Source: a virus. Taken from it: a DNA stretch of 64,000 nucleotides. The notes beneath the pieces were generated by a model. That model saw only the letters and a program-made list of their open reading frames with translations. It was not told the DNA's origin and searched no databases. The DNA lies in IMG/VR virus record IMGVR_UViG_3300042922_001062, positions 15,478 to 79,477 of that record, one strand, 5' to 3'. Both the position numbers and the translations under genes were made by a program. Shown here piece by piece: positions 26,658-34,396 of the stretch (positions within the stretch are counted from its first letter, which is position 1; every line of letters begins with the position of its first letter).

Positions 26658-27920
26658 TTAAGGATGGCCTCGCAGCGCGATCATCTTGTTCGCGACACGG
26701 GCGGCCAAGTCGGAATGAAACTCCTCAAGGCTCTCCGCGGCTTCGATGAGGGCTTCGTCGGCACCGTCATCGTCCATCGCTTCGACCAGCTGCTCGACCT
26801 GTTGCGCAAGCTCTTCGAGCGCCTGATAGAGCCGGGTGCATTGGTCCAGAGTGAGCGACGGGTCGGCGAGGGCAGCGGGGACATCCTTGGCGAGATGCTT
26901 CGCCCTCTCGCCGCGCTCGCGCAGCAAAGTCATCCAGTCCGTCGCCATGTCGACGCGCTCCAGCAAAGCCGTCAGCTCCGCCCGTTTCAGGGTCGCCTCG
27001 ATAGTGGTCTCCTTCAACGCAGGTCCGCCGGGGCGGTGGGGGGACGTGACGGCCGCCCGAACGGCCAGTGCGCTCGATGGTGGCGCAGCGCCGATCGTGG
27101 CCATGAAATCCCCTTCGGGCACGATGCGCACGATATGGCCGGCGGCGAGCATGGCTTCGGCCTTGAGGTGCTTCGCGCTCTTGGGCGTGCCGAAATGCAC
27201 GTCTCGATCGCCGAGCACGAGCATGGTGGTGTGGCGGGTGACGCCCGGATGAACGTCGGCGCCAGCGGCCGCGGCAAGATCGGCCGCGGCGCTCTTGCCG
27301 AGCTCCAGCTTGCCGGTGAACACCACGACCTGGCCCGACAACGGCCCGTCGCCGACAGCCTCTCGGCGGATCGGAGCCGCCTTCTCGCCGGAGACCGGCA
27401 GTTCAACGCGGCGGAACCAGCCGTCCAGGTCCAGGCCGGTTTCTTCCATGGCGCGGTGCAGGATCACGCCGGCGGCGCGCGCGTCCTCAAGAGCGTCGTG
27501 GTGACGGAAGGCGATGCCGAACTCGGCGGCAATGATCGGCAGGCTGTAGCTCGCCCTGTCGGGCCATGCCCGCCGGGCGACGCGGATTGTGTCGAGCCAG
27601 CGGTTGCCGACGGATGCCAAGCCATGGCGATCGCAGGCCCGCATCAGCGACGTCCGGTCGAAGGGTCCATGGCTGATAACGGGCCGGTCACCGAGAGCAT
27701 TGAGAAGCCAGTCGTGCCGGTGGCGGAAGGGCAGGCACCCCGCGACGGCTTCCTCGTCGATGCCATGAATGCCGACGTTAAAGGCGTCGAAATAGTCCTC
27801 CGGGTCGATGAGGTGACATTCGGCGTGGATCTCTCTGCCGCCATCGAACACGACGACGCCAAGCTGGCAGATGCTGCTGTAGTTCGCGTTCGCGGTTTCT
27901 ACATCGATCGCGACGAACAT
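26658..27920 (-). CDS. DEDDh 3'-5' exonuclease plus BRCT domain and helical C-terminal extension
   Basis: IDVETAN, HHDALEDA; BRCT pattern LSGQVVVFTGKL...GVTRHTTMLVLG. Confidence 0.85.
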   Translation of the reverse strand: MFVAIDVETANANYSSICQLGVVVFDGGREIHAECHLIDPEDYFDAFNVGIHGIDEEAVAGCLPFRHRHDWLLNALGDRPVISHGPFDRTSLMRACDRHGLASVGNRWLDTIRVARRAWPDRASYSLPIIAAEFGIAFRHHDALEDARAAGVILHRAMEETGLDLDGWFRRVELPVSGEKAAPIRREAVGDGPLSGQVVVFTGKLELGKSAAADLAAAAGADVHPGVTRHTTMLVLGDRDVHFGTPKSAKHLKAEAMLAAGHIVRIVPEGDFMATIGAAPPSSALAVRAAVTSPHRPGGPALKETTIEATLKRAELTALLERVDMATDWMTLLRERGERAKHLAKDVPAALADPSLTLDQCTRLYQALEELAQQVEQLVEAMDDDGADEALIEAAESLEEFHSDLAARVANKMIALRGHP

Positions 27921-27991
27921 GGCTCCCTCCCATACCTTCCGGAAGGTTGCACATCGGCTCCGTTCACGGCAAGCGCGCCTGTTCTGCGACG

Positions 27992-28840
27992 CTACTCGGT
28001 GAGCAGCCCCGCCAAACGCCCCTTTGCGATAAGATAGCTAACAAAGGAAGCGCACGCTCCCAGCATGAACAACGCGTCAGCCTCGTCGACGTTCGCGGCG
28101 TCTTGGTCGAGCAGCGAGTGCCGTATGCCTTTCTCGTCGCTGGCATAGCCATAAAGGGCCGAGAATCCTTTCTTCATTGCCTCGTGGATGGCGCCAGCCT
28201 TTTCCAGTTTGACCAGAGCGGGGCCAAGTGTAGTCGATCCCGGCGCTAGCTGTACTGCGACCGCTTCAACAGCATGGATAGCTTCGCGCACGCAGTCCGG
28301 ATACTTTCCTGCAGTGGCAGCTTCTATCGAGGACCTCAAATGGGCATAGGCGCCGGTGATGCCGACAGCGCGTGCGGACTTGAGTGCTGCTTCGAGAGCT
28401 GCAGCCTCCGTCGGATCGGTTATGGGGGCAATAGTATCCCCGTCGACCACGCGATAAGCTGCGTGACAATTAACTAAAACGTCGGCAATATGCTTGCGGA
28501 ATGCGGCTGGCGTATAATTGAATCTTAGTATCCATTCAATAAATCCAAAAACTTCTACGTAGTCGCCGTTCTCTATAATTGTCTGAATTCGTCGTATTTG
28601 TTGAAAGTGCAAAGAAATGTATTCACTAGAGAATCTATTTTGATGAAATACAAACTCCGCCTTGAGAATTGCATTCCATGGCTCGGCAACGGTGTGGTCG
28701 CCGCGCCTTGGAAGAACATGCATGTCGAACACGAAGAACAATTGAGCCCTCAGTTGAGGGGAAAGTTTTTTCAAGGCGAGTTGCGTTGGTAACGGTGCGC
28801 GACCTTCGGCTTGCTCAAAGGAGACTAATTTCCTGTCCAT
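27992..28840 (-). CDS. AbiJ-NTD4-like / HEPN-like abortive-infection candidate
   Basis: SFEQAEG..PLP.QL..LRAQL N-terminus; C-terminal EAIHAVEA, LYGYASDEKGIRHS. Confidence 0.7.
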   Translation of the reverse strand: MDRKLVSFEQAEGRAPLPTQLALKKLSPQLRAQLFFVFDMHVLPRRGDHTVAEPWNAILKAEFVFHQNRFSSEYISLHFQQIRRIQTIIENGDYVEVFGFIEWILRFNYTPAAFRKHIADVLVNCHAAYRVVDGDTIAPITDPTEAAALEAALKSARAVGITGAYAHLRSSIEAATAGKYPDCVREAIHAVEAVAVQLAPGSTTLGPALVKLEKAGAIHEAMKKGFSALYGYASDEKGIRHSLLDQDAANVDEADALFMLGACASFVSYLIAKGRLAGLLTE

Positions 28841-28911
28841 GATCCGCCCCACTTCCAATGCGTGGCAACCTGCCATTGGAGTACCGGCAGCGCAATGAGC
28901 GCCTTCGCGAT

Positions 28912-29064
28912 CCCCTCTTGGCGGAGGGGGCGAAGCAGCGCATAAATGGGATTGGGCTTGAACACCCGGACGAAAGTTATAGCGCGACGCCCTTGGCGGG
29001 GCTTGGCGCCGAAGCACAGCGCCCTTGGCGGGGCGGTGTGCAAGGTCGCACCTTGGCGGGTGCG
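28912..29064 (+). repeat. Four hairpins with an identical TTGGCG loop
   Basis: CCCCTC/GAGGGG (28912-29), GCCC/GGGC (28989-29002), CGCCC/GGGCG (29020-35), CGCACC/GGTGCG (29047-64). Confidence 0.8.
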
Positions 29065-29080
29065 CCGGACCTGGCCATCA

Positions 29081-29167
29081 TGGCCGGGAGCGGTGCGCTA
29101 TGTCCAGAGGGTACGCCCTTAAAAGCGCGTCGGCCTGTAACTTTCGCAGGTGTTCAACTCCCGGCTG
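29081..29167 (+). ncRNA. C4/CI-type antisense RNA with upstream a1b1 and downstream a2b2 targets
   Basis: Closing stem GCCGGGAG/CTCCCGGC; TAACTTTCG and GGTGTTCAA are complementary to CGAAAGTTA/TTGAACACC (28958-79) and TTGAACA/CGAAAGT (29191-210). Confidence 0.75.
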
Positions 29168-29217
29168 CCGGTCTGCTACCGGCGACGGCCTTGAACAGCC
29201 GAACGAAAGTACATCCC

Positions 29218-29613
29218 ATGAACATGAACGCCAGCCGGCCGAGACCGGCCAGCATCCCACCGACCGAGGTCGCGCGGAAGCTTCTCGACATCCGTCACGA
29301 CCTCCAGCGCGAGCTTCAGCGCGTGGACACCCTGCTTGCAATGCTCGGCGCCCCGGTGGCGGCGGCAGGGTGTCAGCCGGACACTCCGGCGGGACGTGGC
29401 CCCAATTTCGGGGAGACGTCGGCGAGTGATCTCCTCTATGGAGCGCCAGCCATTGCGGGCTATCTTGGCCTTACCGAGAAGCAGGCCCGGCACCGTATCG
29501 AGGCGGGGAATATTCCGGCCTTCAAGATCGGCGGCACGGTGTGCGCCCGCCAATCCTCCCTGTCCACATGGCTCGCGAACCTCGAAGCCGCAGCCGCGCA
29601 TGCGGAGGACTGA
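29218..29613 (+). CDS. Excisionase/AlpA-like HTH protein with an N-terminal coiled coil
   Basis: LLYGAPAIAGYLGLTEKQARHRIEAGNIPAFKIGGTVCAR. Confidence 0.75.
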   Translation: MNMNASRPRPASIPPTEVARKLLDIRHDLQRELQRVDTLLAMLGAPVAAAGCQPDTPAGRGPNFGETSASDLLYGAPAIAGYLGLTEKQARHRIEAGNIPAFKIGGTVCARQSSLSTWLANLEAAAAHAED

Positions 29614-29615
29614 TC

Positions 29616-29867
29616 ATGCTGGTGGATCATGATTTCGGCGGACTGCTTCCGCCGGCAAGCGTCGATCGCATCGCCACGCGCCGCGCGCTCGCGTCGATCA
29701 TCGAGCGGGCGCTCGCGCTGCGGGATGCCCTCGATGATGACGCCGATCTTGAGGAGTGCGGCGACGCCGAGCCCAGCCTCGGTGCATCGGAGGCAGGCGC
29801 GCACTTCTGGTCTCAGATCGGATGGGCGAGGGGAGGCGACGGCGACCTTGAATGGGGGGGGTCATGA
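29616..29867 (+). CDS. Small acidic hypothetical protein
   Basis: GGAGG RBS; D.DLEE..D.EPSLG and DGDLE motifs. Confidence 0.55.
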   Translation: MLVDHDFGGLLPPASVDRIATRRALASIIERALALRDALDDDADLEECGDAEPSLGASEAGAHFWSQIGWARGGDGDLEWGGS

Positions 29868-30283
29868 CCGTGCGCTCTATGCTCTCGGTGGTCGGGGGAA
29901 CTGACCTCGCGGAGGGTATGCCCAAATTTGGGGGTACCCCCTTCCGCTCCTCCAAGGTGTTCATCAACCCCGACTGGTCGGCCATCTGCCACGCACTGGA
30001 AGGTATCGACCCTGAGCACCTCCAGACGGCGCCCATAGCGTCGCTGGTGGCCGGTATGGAGGCGCGCCTGCGGTTCTGCTGCCAGACGCTCTCCCTGCCG
30101 TCCTACGCGTGGCAGGAGGGCCATACGGCCATAGCGAAGTGCCTCGACGATGCGTCGGCGCTCTCCGACTTCGCGGCGCAGTGGGGAATCTCCACAGACT
30201 GGATACTACTAGGGGACGCCCGCTCCTATGTTCGGGTGCGCACCTTCGGCGCCGCCGGTAGCATCCGCTGGGCCGCTGACTGA
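29864..30283 (+). CDS. Hypothetical protein with an XRE-like C-terminal motif
   Basis: FAAQWGISTDWILLG; ATGA coupling. Confidence 0.5.
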   Translation: MTVRSMLSVVGGTDLAEGMPKFGGTPFRSSKVFINPDWSAICHALEGIDPEHLQTAPIASLVAGMEARLRFCCQTLSLPSYAWQEGHTAIAKCLDDASALSDFAAQWGISTDWILLGDARSYVRVRTFGAAGSIRWAAD

Positions 30284-30414
30284 CTATCCGCCCGGCGCCG
30301 CCTCGCGCTGGCGCCGGGCATTTCGATACGACATGAGAATTTCATCAAGGCATTGAGCATGCTGGGCTTTCCCGGGCTTCCTAAAGCTGCATGCGACAAC
30401 CGAGGCAAATCACC

Positions 30415-31713
30415 ATGGCGAGTGTTCGCAAGCGCAAGTGGATCCACAACGGCAAAGAGGGTGAAGCGTGGGTCGTCAACTATACCGACCAGGGGGGCAA
30501 GCGCCGGCAGAAGGCTTTCGACCGGAAGAAGGAAGCCGACGCTTATCGGACGGAGATCGAAGCGGAGATCAAGCAGGGAGTGCATACTGCTCTCAACGAG
30601 AGCGTGAAGGTCTCTGAGGCCGTGCGGGCGTTCTGCGTCGACTGCCAGAAGCGCGTGACGGCAGGAACGATGACGAATGGAGGATTCAAGAGCTACCGAT
30701 GGAAGCTCGAAAAGTACGCAGTGCAGAAGTTCGGCACCCGCAAGGTTTCCACGATCACGGCTGAGGAGGTGCAAGATTGGGTGGACGAGTTGCTGCGGAC
30801 GCTGTCGCCGACCTCTGTCACGGGCATCTACGTGGCCTTCGGCGTACTGCTATCGTTCGCGGTCCGGCGCCGTTGGGTGCGTAGGAACATCCTGCGGGAC
30901 ATGCCGTGCAAGCTACCGGCAAGGCCAAAGCGCAAGGCGGTGCCGACCAAGGCAGATATTTTGGCCCTGATGCACGCCGCATCTACGATGGAGCGCGGCG
31001 AGAACCTCCTGACGTTCGTCAATCGGCTGGTCGTTGTGGCCTGCGGCGTGTTCGGCGGCTTCCGCCCTGGAGAAACGTTCGGCCTTCAATGGGAGGACGT
31101 CGACTGGCAGAAGGGCGTCATCCACGTCCGCCACAGCCACACTAAAATGGACGGGCTGAAGGCGCCCAAGACCGAGGCGGGATATCGCGATGTTCCAATA
31201 ACCGCCCCCATTGATCGGGCCTTGCGGCAGTGCGCGCGCTACTGGACGATCCGCCGGCTTGCTGAAGGGCCGGGTTTCGGCAGCGATCACCCGAAGGCGA
31301 TCTTCTCGCGGATCGCGCGCATGTGGGAGGGCGAGTTTATCGCGGTGCGGCCGGAGGACCTGAAGGGGTTCGTAATCCTGACCAAGGTGGGCAAGCCGAT
31401 GACGGCGACGGCGAGCGCAACGACGTTCTGGTCCCGGCTGATGAAGGCGGCGGGCCTGCAAACGGAGGACGGGAAGAACCGCTTCACGCCGCACGCGCTG
31501 CGCCACGCCGCGGCGAGCCTGCTTATTGAGGCGGGTCTCGACGACATGAACCTGAAGCGCTTCATCGGGCACGCCTCGATCCAGACGACGAAGGATATCT
31601 ACGGGCACCTTTTCCCGACAGACGAACGGATGGTTGCAACAACGGCAGCGATTGCGCGCGATCTGGACGCAACAACAGAGCGACAAACATCTGTAAGGCA
31701 CCCGCTGCAATAG
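30415..31713 (+). CDS. int: Tyrosine recombinase (integrase)
   Basis: GFRPGE (R), PKTEAG (K), HALRH, IGHAS, IYGH (Y); N-terminal arm-binding-like domain; stop codon 7 bp before attR. Confidence 0.95.
   Translation: MASVRKRKWIHNGKEGEAWVVNYTDQGGKRRQKAFDRKKEADAYRTEIEAEIKQGVHTALNESVKVSEAVRAFCVDCQKRVTAGTMTNGGFKSYRWKLEKYAVQKFGTRKVSTITAEEVQDWVDELLRTLSPTSVTGIYVAFGVLLSFAVRRRWVRRNILRDMPCKLPARPKRKAVPTKADILALMHAASTMERGENLLTFVNRLVVVACGVFGGFRPGETFGLQWEDVDWQKGVIHVRHSHTKMDGLKAPKTEAGYRDVPITAPIDRALRQCARYWTIRRLAEGPGFGSDHPKAIFSRIARMWEGEFIAVRPEDLKGFVILTKVGKPMTATASATTFWSRLMKAAGLQTEDGKNRFTPHALRHAAASLLIEAGLDDMNLKRFIGHASIQTTKDIYGHLFPTDERMVATTAAIARDLDATTERQTSVRHPLQ
31669..31686 (+). repeat. Putative integrase arm-type sites (right arm, inside the int 3' end)
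   Basis: GCAACAA-CAGA-GCGACAA, 11-bp period; a further GCAACAA at 31636. Confidence 0.6.
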
Positions 31714-31720
31714 GAAAAAT

Positions 31721-31738
31721 ATTCCTCCGCCCGATGAC
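31721..31738 (+). repeat. attR core (18-bp direct repeat)
   Basis: ATTCCTCCGCCCGATGAC. Confidence 0.95.
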
Positions 31739-32612
31739 CATCGTCGGCCGCTTCGGCACCGGCAACATCCCGGCGCTGACCCGCATCCCCTTCCGGGTGC
31801 CGCTGATCTCGGAGACCTCCGAGAGCGACGCCCAGTGGGTCGGTGAGGGCAAGGGCAAGCCGCTGACCAAGTTCGGTGTCGGTCGCACCGAGCTCACTCC
31901 CCTGAAGATCGCCACCATCGCTGTCCAGACGATGGAACTCATCCGCGACAGCTCGCCGTCTTCGGACGTGCTGGTGCGGAACTCGCTGGCGAAGGCCATC
32001 GCGAAGCGCACCGACCTCTCGTTCATCGATCCGTCCTCGGCGGCTTCCGCCGGCGTCCGCCCGGGTTCGGTTCTGAATGGTGTCGCCGCCACGGCGAACA
32101 GCACGGCCACGGGCGCCGACGGTGTCCGCGAGGATGTCCAGGCGATCATTGGCGCCTTCGTGGCGGCGAACAACCCGCTGCAATCCGGCGTCTGGGTGAT
32201 GTCGGCGACCTACGCGCTTCGGCTCATGATGATGCTGAACCCGCTGGGCCAGCGCGAATTCCCCGGCATCACGATGCAGGGCGGCACCTTCTTCGAGCTG
32301 CCGGTCATCGTGTCGAACTACCTCGGCGACTACGTAGCCCTGGTCAATGCCGAGGACATCTGGTTCGCCGATGAAGGCGGGGTCGACGTCGCCATGTCGA
32401 CTGAAGCGTCGCTGGAGATGGTGGACAACCCGACGCAGGACAGCGGCGCCGAAACTCCGGTCGATTCCGAGATGGTGTCGATGTTCCAGACCAACTCGGT
32501 CGCCTTCCGCGCCGAGCGCACGCTGAACTGGGCGCGCCGCCGCTCCAGCGCGGTAGCGTGGATGGACAACATCACCTGGAGTGATCCGGCCGAAGAGAGC
32601 GCCGGCGTCTGA
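31734..32612 (+). CDS. Major capsid protein, 3' part (HK97 fold)
   Basis: AQWVGEGKGKP, LTPLKIA.I, SMFQTNSVAFRAER; in frame with the 5' part across the att core. Confidence 0.93.
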   Translation: MTIVGRFGTGNIPALTRIPFRVPLISETSESDAQWVGEGKGKPLTKFGVGRTELTPLKIATIAVQTMELIRDSSPSSDVLVRNSLAKAIAKRTDLSFIDPSSAASAGVRPGSVLNGVAATANSTATGADGVREDVQAIIGAFVAANNPLQSGVWVMSATYALRLMMMLNPLGQREFPGITMQGGTFFELPVIVSNYLGDYVALVNAEDIWFADEGGVDVAMSTEASLEMVDNPTQDSGAETPVDSEMVSMFQTNSVAFRAERTLNWARRRSSAVAWMDNITWSDPAEESAGV

Positions 32613-32629
32613 TCGCCGCCGCGCGAATG

Positions 32630-32655
32630 AGCCGGCCGCGATCATGCGGCCGGCT
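32630..32655 (+). terminator. Hairpin after the capsid gene (weak terminator or stabiliser)
   Basis: AGCCGGCCGC...GCGGCCGGCT with a poor U-tract. Confidence 0.45.
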
Positions 32656-32677
32656 TCCTCTTGATGGGGAGGCTTCC

Positions 32678-33034
32678 ATGAAGAGCCAGTCCTACATGAC
32701 GCGGGCGCTACGCGCTCGTGACCCCCGCTTCGCACGGATACTGGGGCGGCTCGGTTACGCCGCGCCGGAAATGACCCTCGAAGCTGCCCCCTCCGCAGTT
32801 CCCCTGCAGGCCAGTGAACCGCCAGCCGCTGGCGCTGATCGGTCGGCCTCCGCAAGCTCCGCCGATCCGCTCGACCACGACGGCGACGGCACGAAGGGCG
32901 GCAGCAAGCCGGCCGAGCAGAGCGAAGAACTCAGCGCGCTGCGTGCCGAATATCAGGCTGTACTCAACAAGCGCCCCTTCCACGGCTGGGACGCCGAGAC
33001 CCTGAAGGCGAAGATCGCGGAAGCGAAGGCCTGA
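32678..33034 (+). CDS. Small head-associated hypothetical protein
   Basis: GGAGG RBS; DPLDHDGDG.KGGS and LRAEY...GWDAETLKAKI motifs. Confidence 0.7.
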   Translation: MKSQSYMTRALRARDPRFARILGRLGYAAPEMTLEAAPSAVPLQASEPPAAGADRSASASSADPLDHDGDGTKGGSKPAEQSEELSALRAEYQAVLNKRPFHGWDAETLKAKIAEAKA

Positions 33035-33037
33035 CCG

Positions 33038-34396
33038 ATGCGCATCCTCGGCCTCACCATCACTCGCGAGAAGGCGATGGCCCCTGTCGCCCCGCGTAGT
33101 GGCGGCTGGTGGCCGATCATCCGCGAGAGCTTCGCCGGCGCCTGGCAGCAGAACGTCGAGGTCAAGTTCGACGCCGTATTATCGAACCATGCCGACTTCT
33201 CCTGCCGCACGCTGATCGCCTCCGACATCGGTAAGCTGCGCATCAAGCTGGTGCTGAAGCAGGGAGAGATCTGGCAGGAGACGACGAACCCGGCTTATTC
33301 GCCGGTGCTGCGGAAGCCGAACCATTTCCAAACCCGGCAGCAGTTCATGGAATGCTGGGTGTTCTCCAAGCTCCAGCGCGGCAACACCTATGTGCTGAAG
33401 CAGCGCGATGGCCGCGGCGTCGTCACTCGGCTCTATGTGCTCGATCCCAACTTGGTGACGCCCCTCATCGCTGAGGACGGCAGCGTCTTCTACCAGCTGA
33501 GCGCGGACCCGCTGGCGTCGATCGAAGAGAGCATCGTTGTTCCGGCACGGGAGATCATCCACGACCGCTTCAACTGCTTCTTCCATCCGCTCGTCGGGCT
33601 GTCACCGATCTACGCCGGCGGCCTCGCTGCAATGCACGGGCTGGCGATCCAGAACATGTCGGCCAGCTTCTTCCAGAACGGCGCGCAGCCCGGTGGCATC
33701 CTGACGGCACCCGGCGCGATCTCCGACGAGACCGCCGCACGGCTGAAGGCCACCTGGGAGGCGAACTACGGCGGCAAAAACCGCGGCAGGGTGGCGGTGG
33801 TCGGCGACAACCTCAAATATGAGGCTTTGACCGCCAAGGCCGTCGATTCCCAGCTGTTGGAGCAGCTGAAGTGGACCGCCGAAGTGGTCTGCTCGACCTA
33901 TCATGTCCCGCCGTACAAGGCCGGCGTCGGCGCCGCCCCGACCTACAACAACATTCAGGCGCTCAACGTCGAGTATTACTCGCAGTGCCTGCAGGCGCTC
34001 ATCGAGGCGATCGAGGCCTGCCTTGATGAGGGGCTCGGGATGGACGGTGTCACCATGGGCACCGAGCTCGATCTCGACGGGCTGCTACGCATGGATTCCG
34101 TCACGCAGATGGAAGTGCTCGACAAGGGAAAGTCGATCATGACCCCTGATGAGCAGCGCAAGAAACTGGACCTCCCACCGGTCGACGGTGGCGACGTCGT
34201 TTATCGGCAGCAGCAGGACTACTCGCTGGCGGCGCTGGCCAAGCGCGATGCCAAAGACGATCCGTTTGCCAAAGCCGGAGAGGCGCAGTCGTCGGCTCCA
34301 CCTGCGAACGACAACGGCGAACTTGAAGCGGCCCGTGCGGGGTCTTCCTTCAAGGAGACCCTTGCCAAGCGGAGGCAGGCTTATGTTCGATGGTAA
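33038..34396 (+). CDS. Portal protein (HK97 family)
   Basis: LRKPNHFQT, GNTY, EIIHDR, GLSPI, FFQNGAQPGGIL, VPPYK. Confidence 0.95.
   Translation: MRILGLTITREKAMAPVAPRSGGWWPIIRESFAGAWQQNVEVKFDAVLSNHADFSCRTLIASDIGKLRIKLVLKQGEIWQETTNPAYSPVLRKPNHFQTRQQFMECWVFSKLQRGNTYVLKQRDGRGVVTRLYVLDPNLVTPLIAEDGSVFYQLSADPLASIEESIVVPAREIIHDRFNCFFHPLVGLSPIYAGGLAAMHGLAIQNMSASFFQNGAQPGGILTAPGAISDETAARLKATWEANYGGKNRGRVAVVGDNLKYEALTAKAVDSQLLEQLKWTAEVVCSTYHVPPYKAGVGAAPTYNNIQALNVEYYSQCLQALIEAIEACLDEGLGMDGVTMGTELDLDGLLRMDSVTQMEVLDKGKSIMTPDEQRKKLDLPPVDGGDVVYRQQQDYSLAALAKRDAKDDPFAKAGEAQSSAPPANDNGELEAARAGSSFKETLAKRRQAYVRW

Larger units (their letters stand above)
15959..31738. mobile_element. Helper-embedded phage satellite inserted in the major capsid gene (15,762 bp excisable unit)
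   Basis: 18-bp direct repeats, integrase abutting attR, in-frame capsid halves on both sides, cos copy, capsid and fibre paralogues. Confidence 0.92.

Noticed and set aside
28912-29064. CRISPR array
   Set aside because: Repeats are only ~8-10 bp with irregular spacing and there are no cas genes
28858-29217. N-terminal extension of the 29218 HTH gene (ORF 28858-29613)
   Set aside because: The region is better explained as structured leader RNA; an Ash/Icd-like leader peptide cannot be excluded
15977-31720. Classical cf-PICI or a second complete prophage
   Set aside because: No terminase, portal, protease, primase or tail tube genes inside the element
15959-31738. Intron, intein or transposon interrupting the capsid gene
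   Set aside because: An 18-bp core repeat, tyrosine integrase and arm/IHF sites fit site-specific integration; no transposase, terminal inverted repeats or splicing motifs
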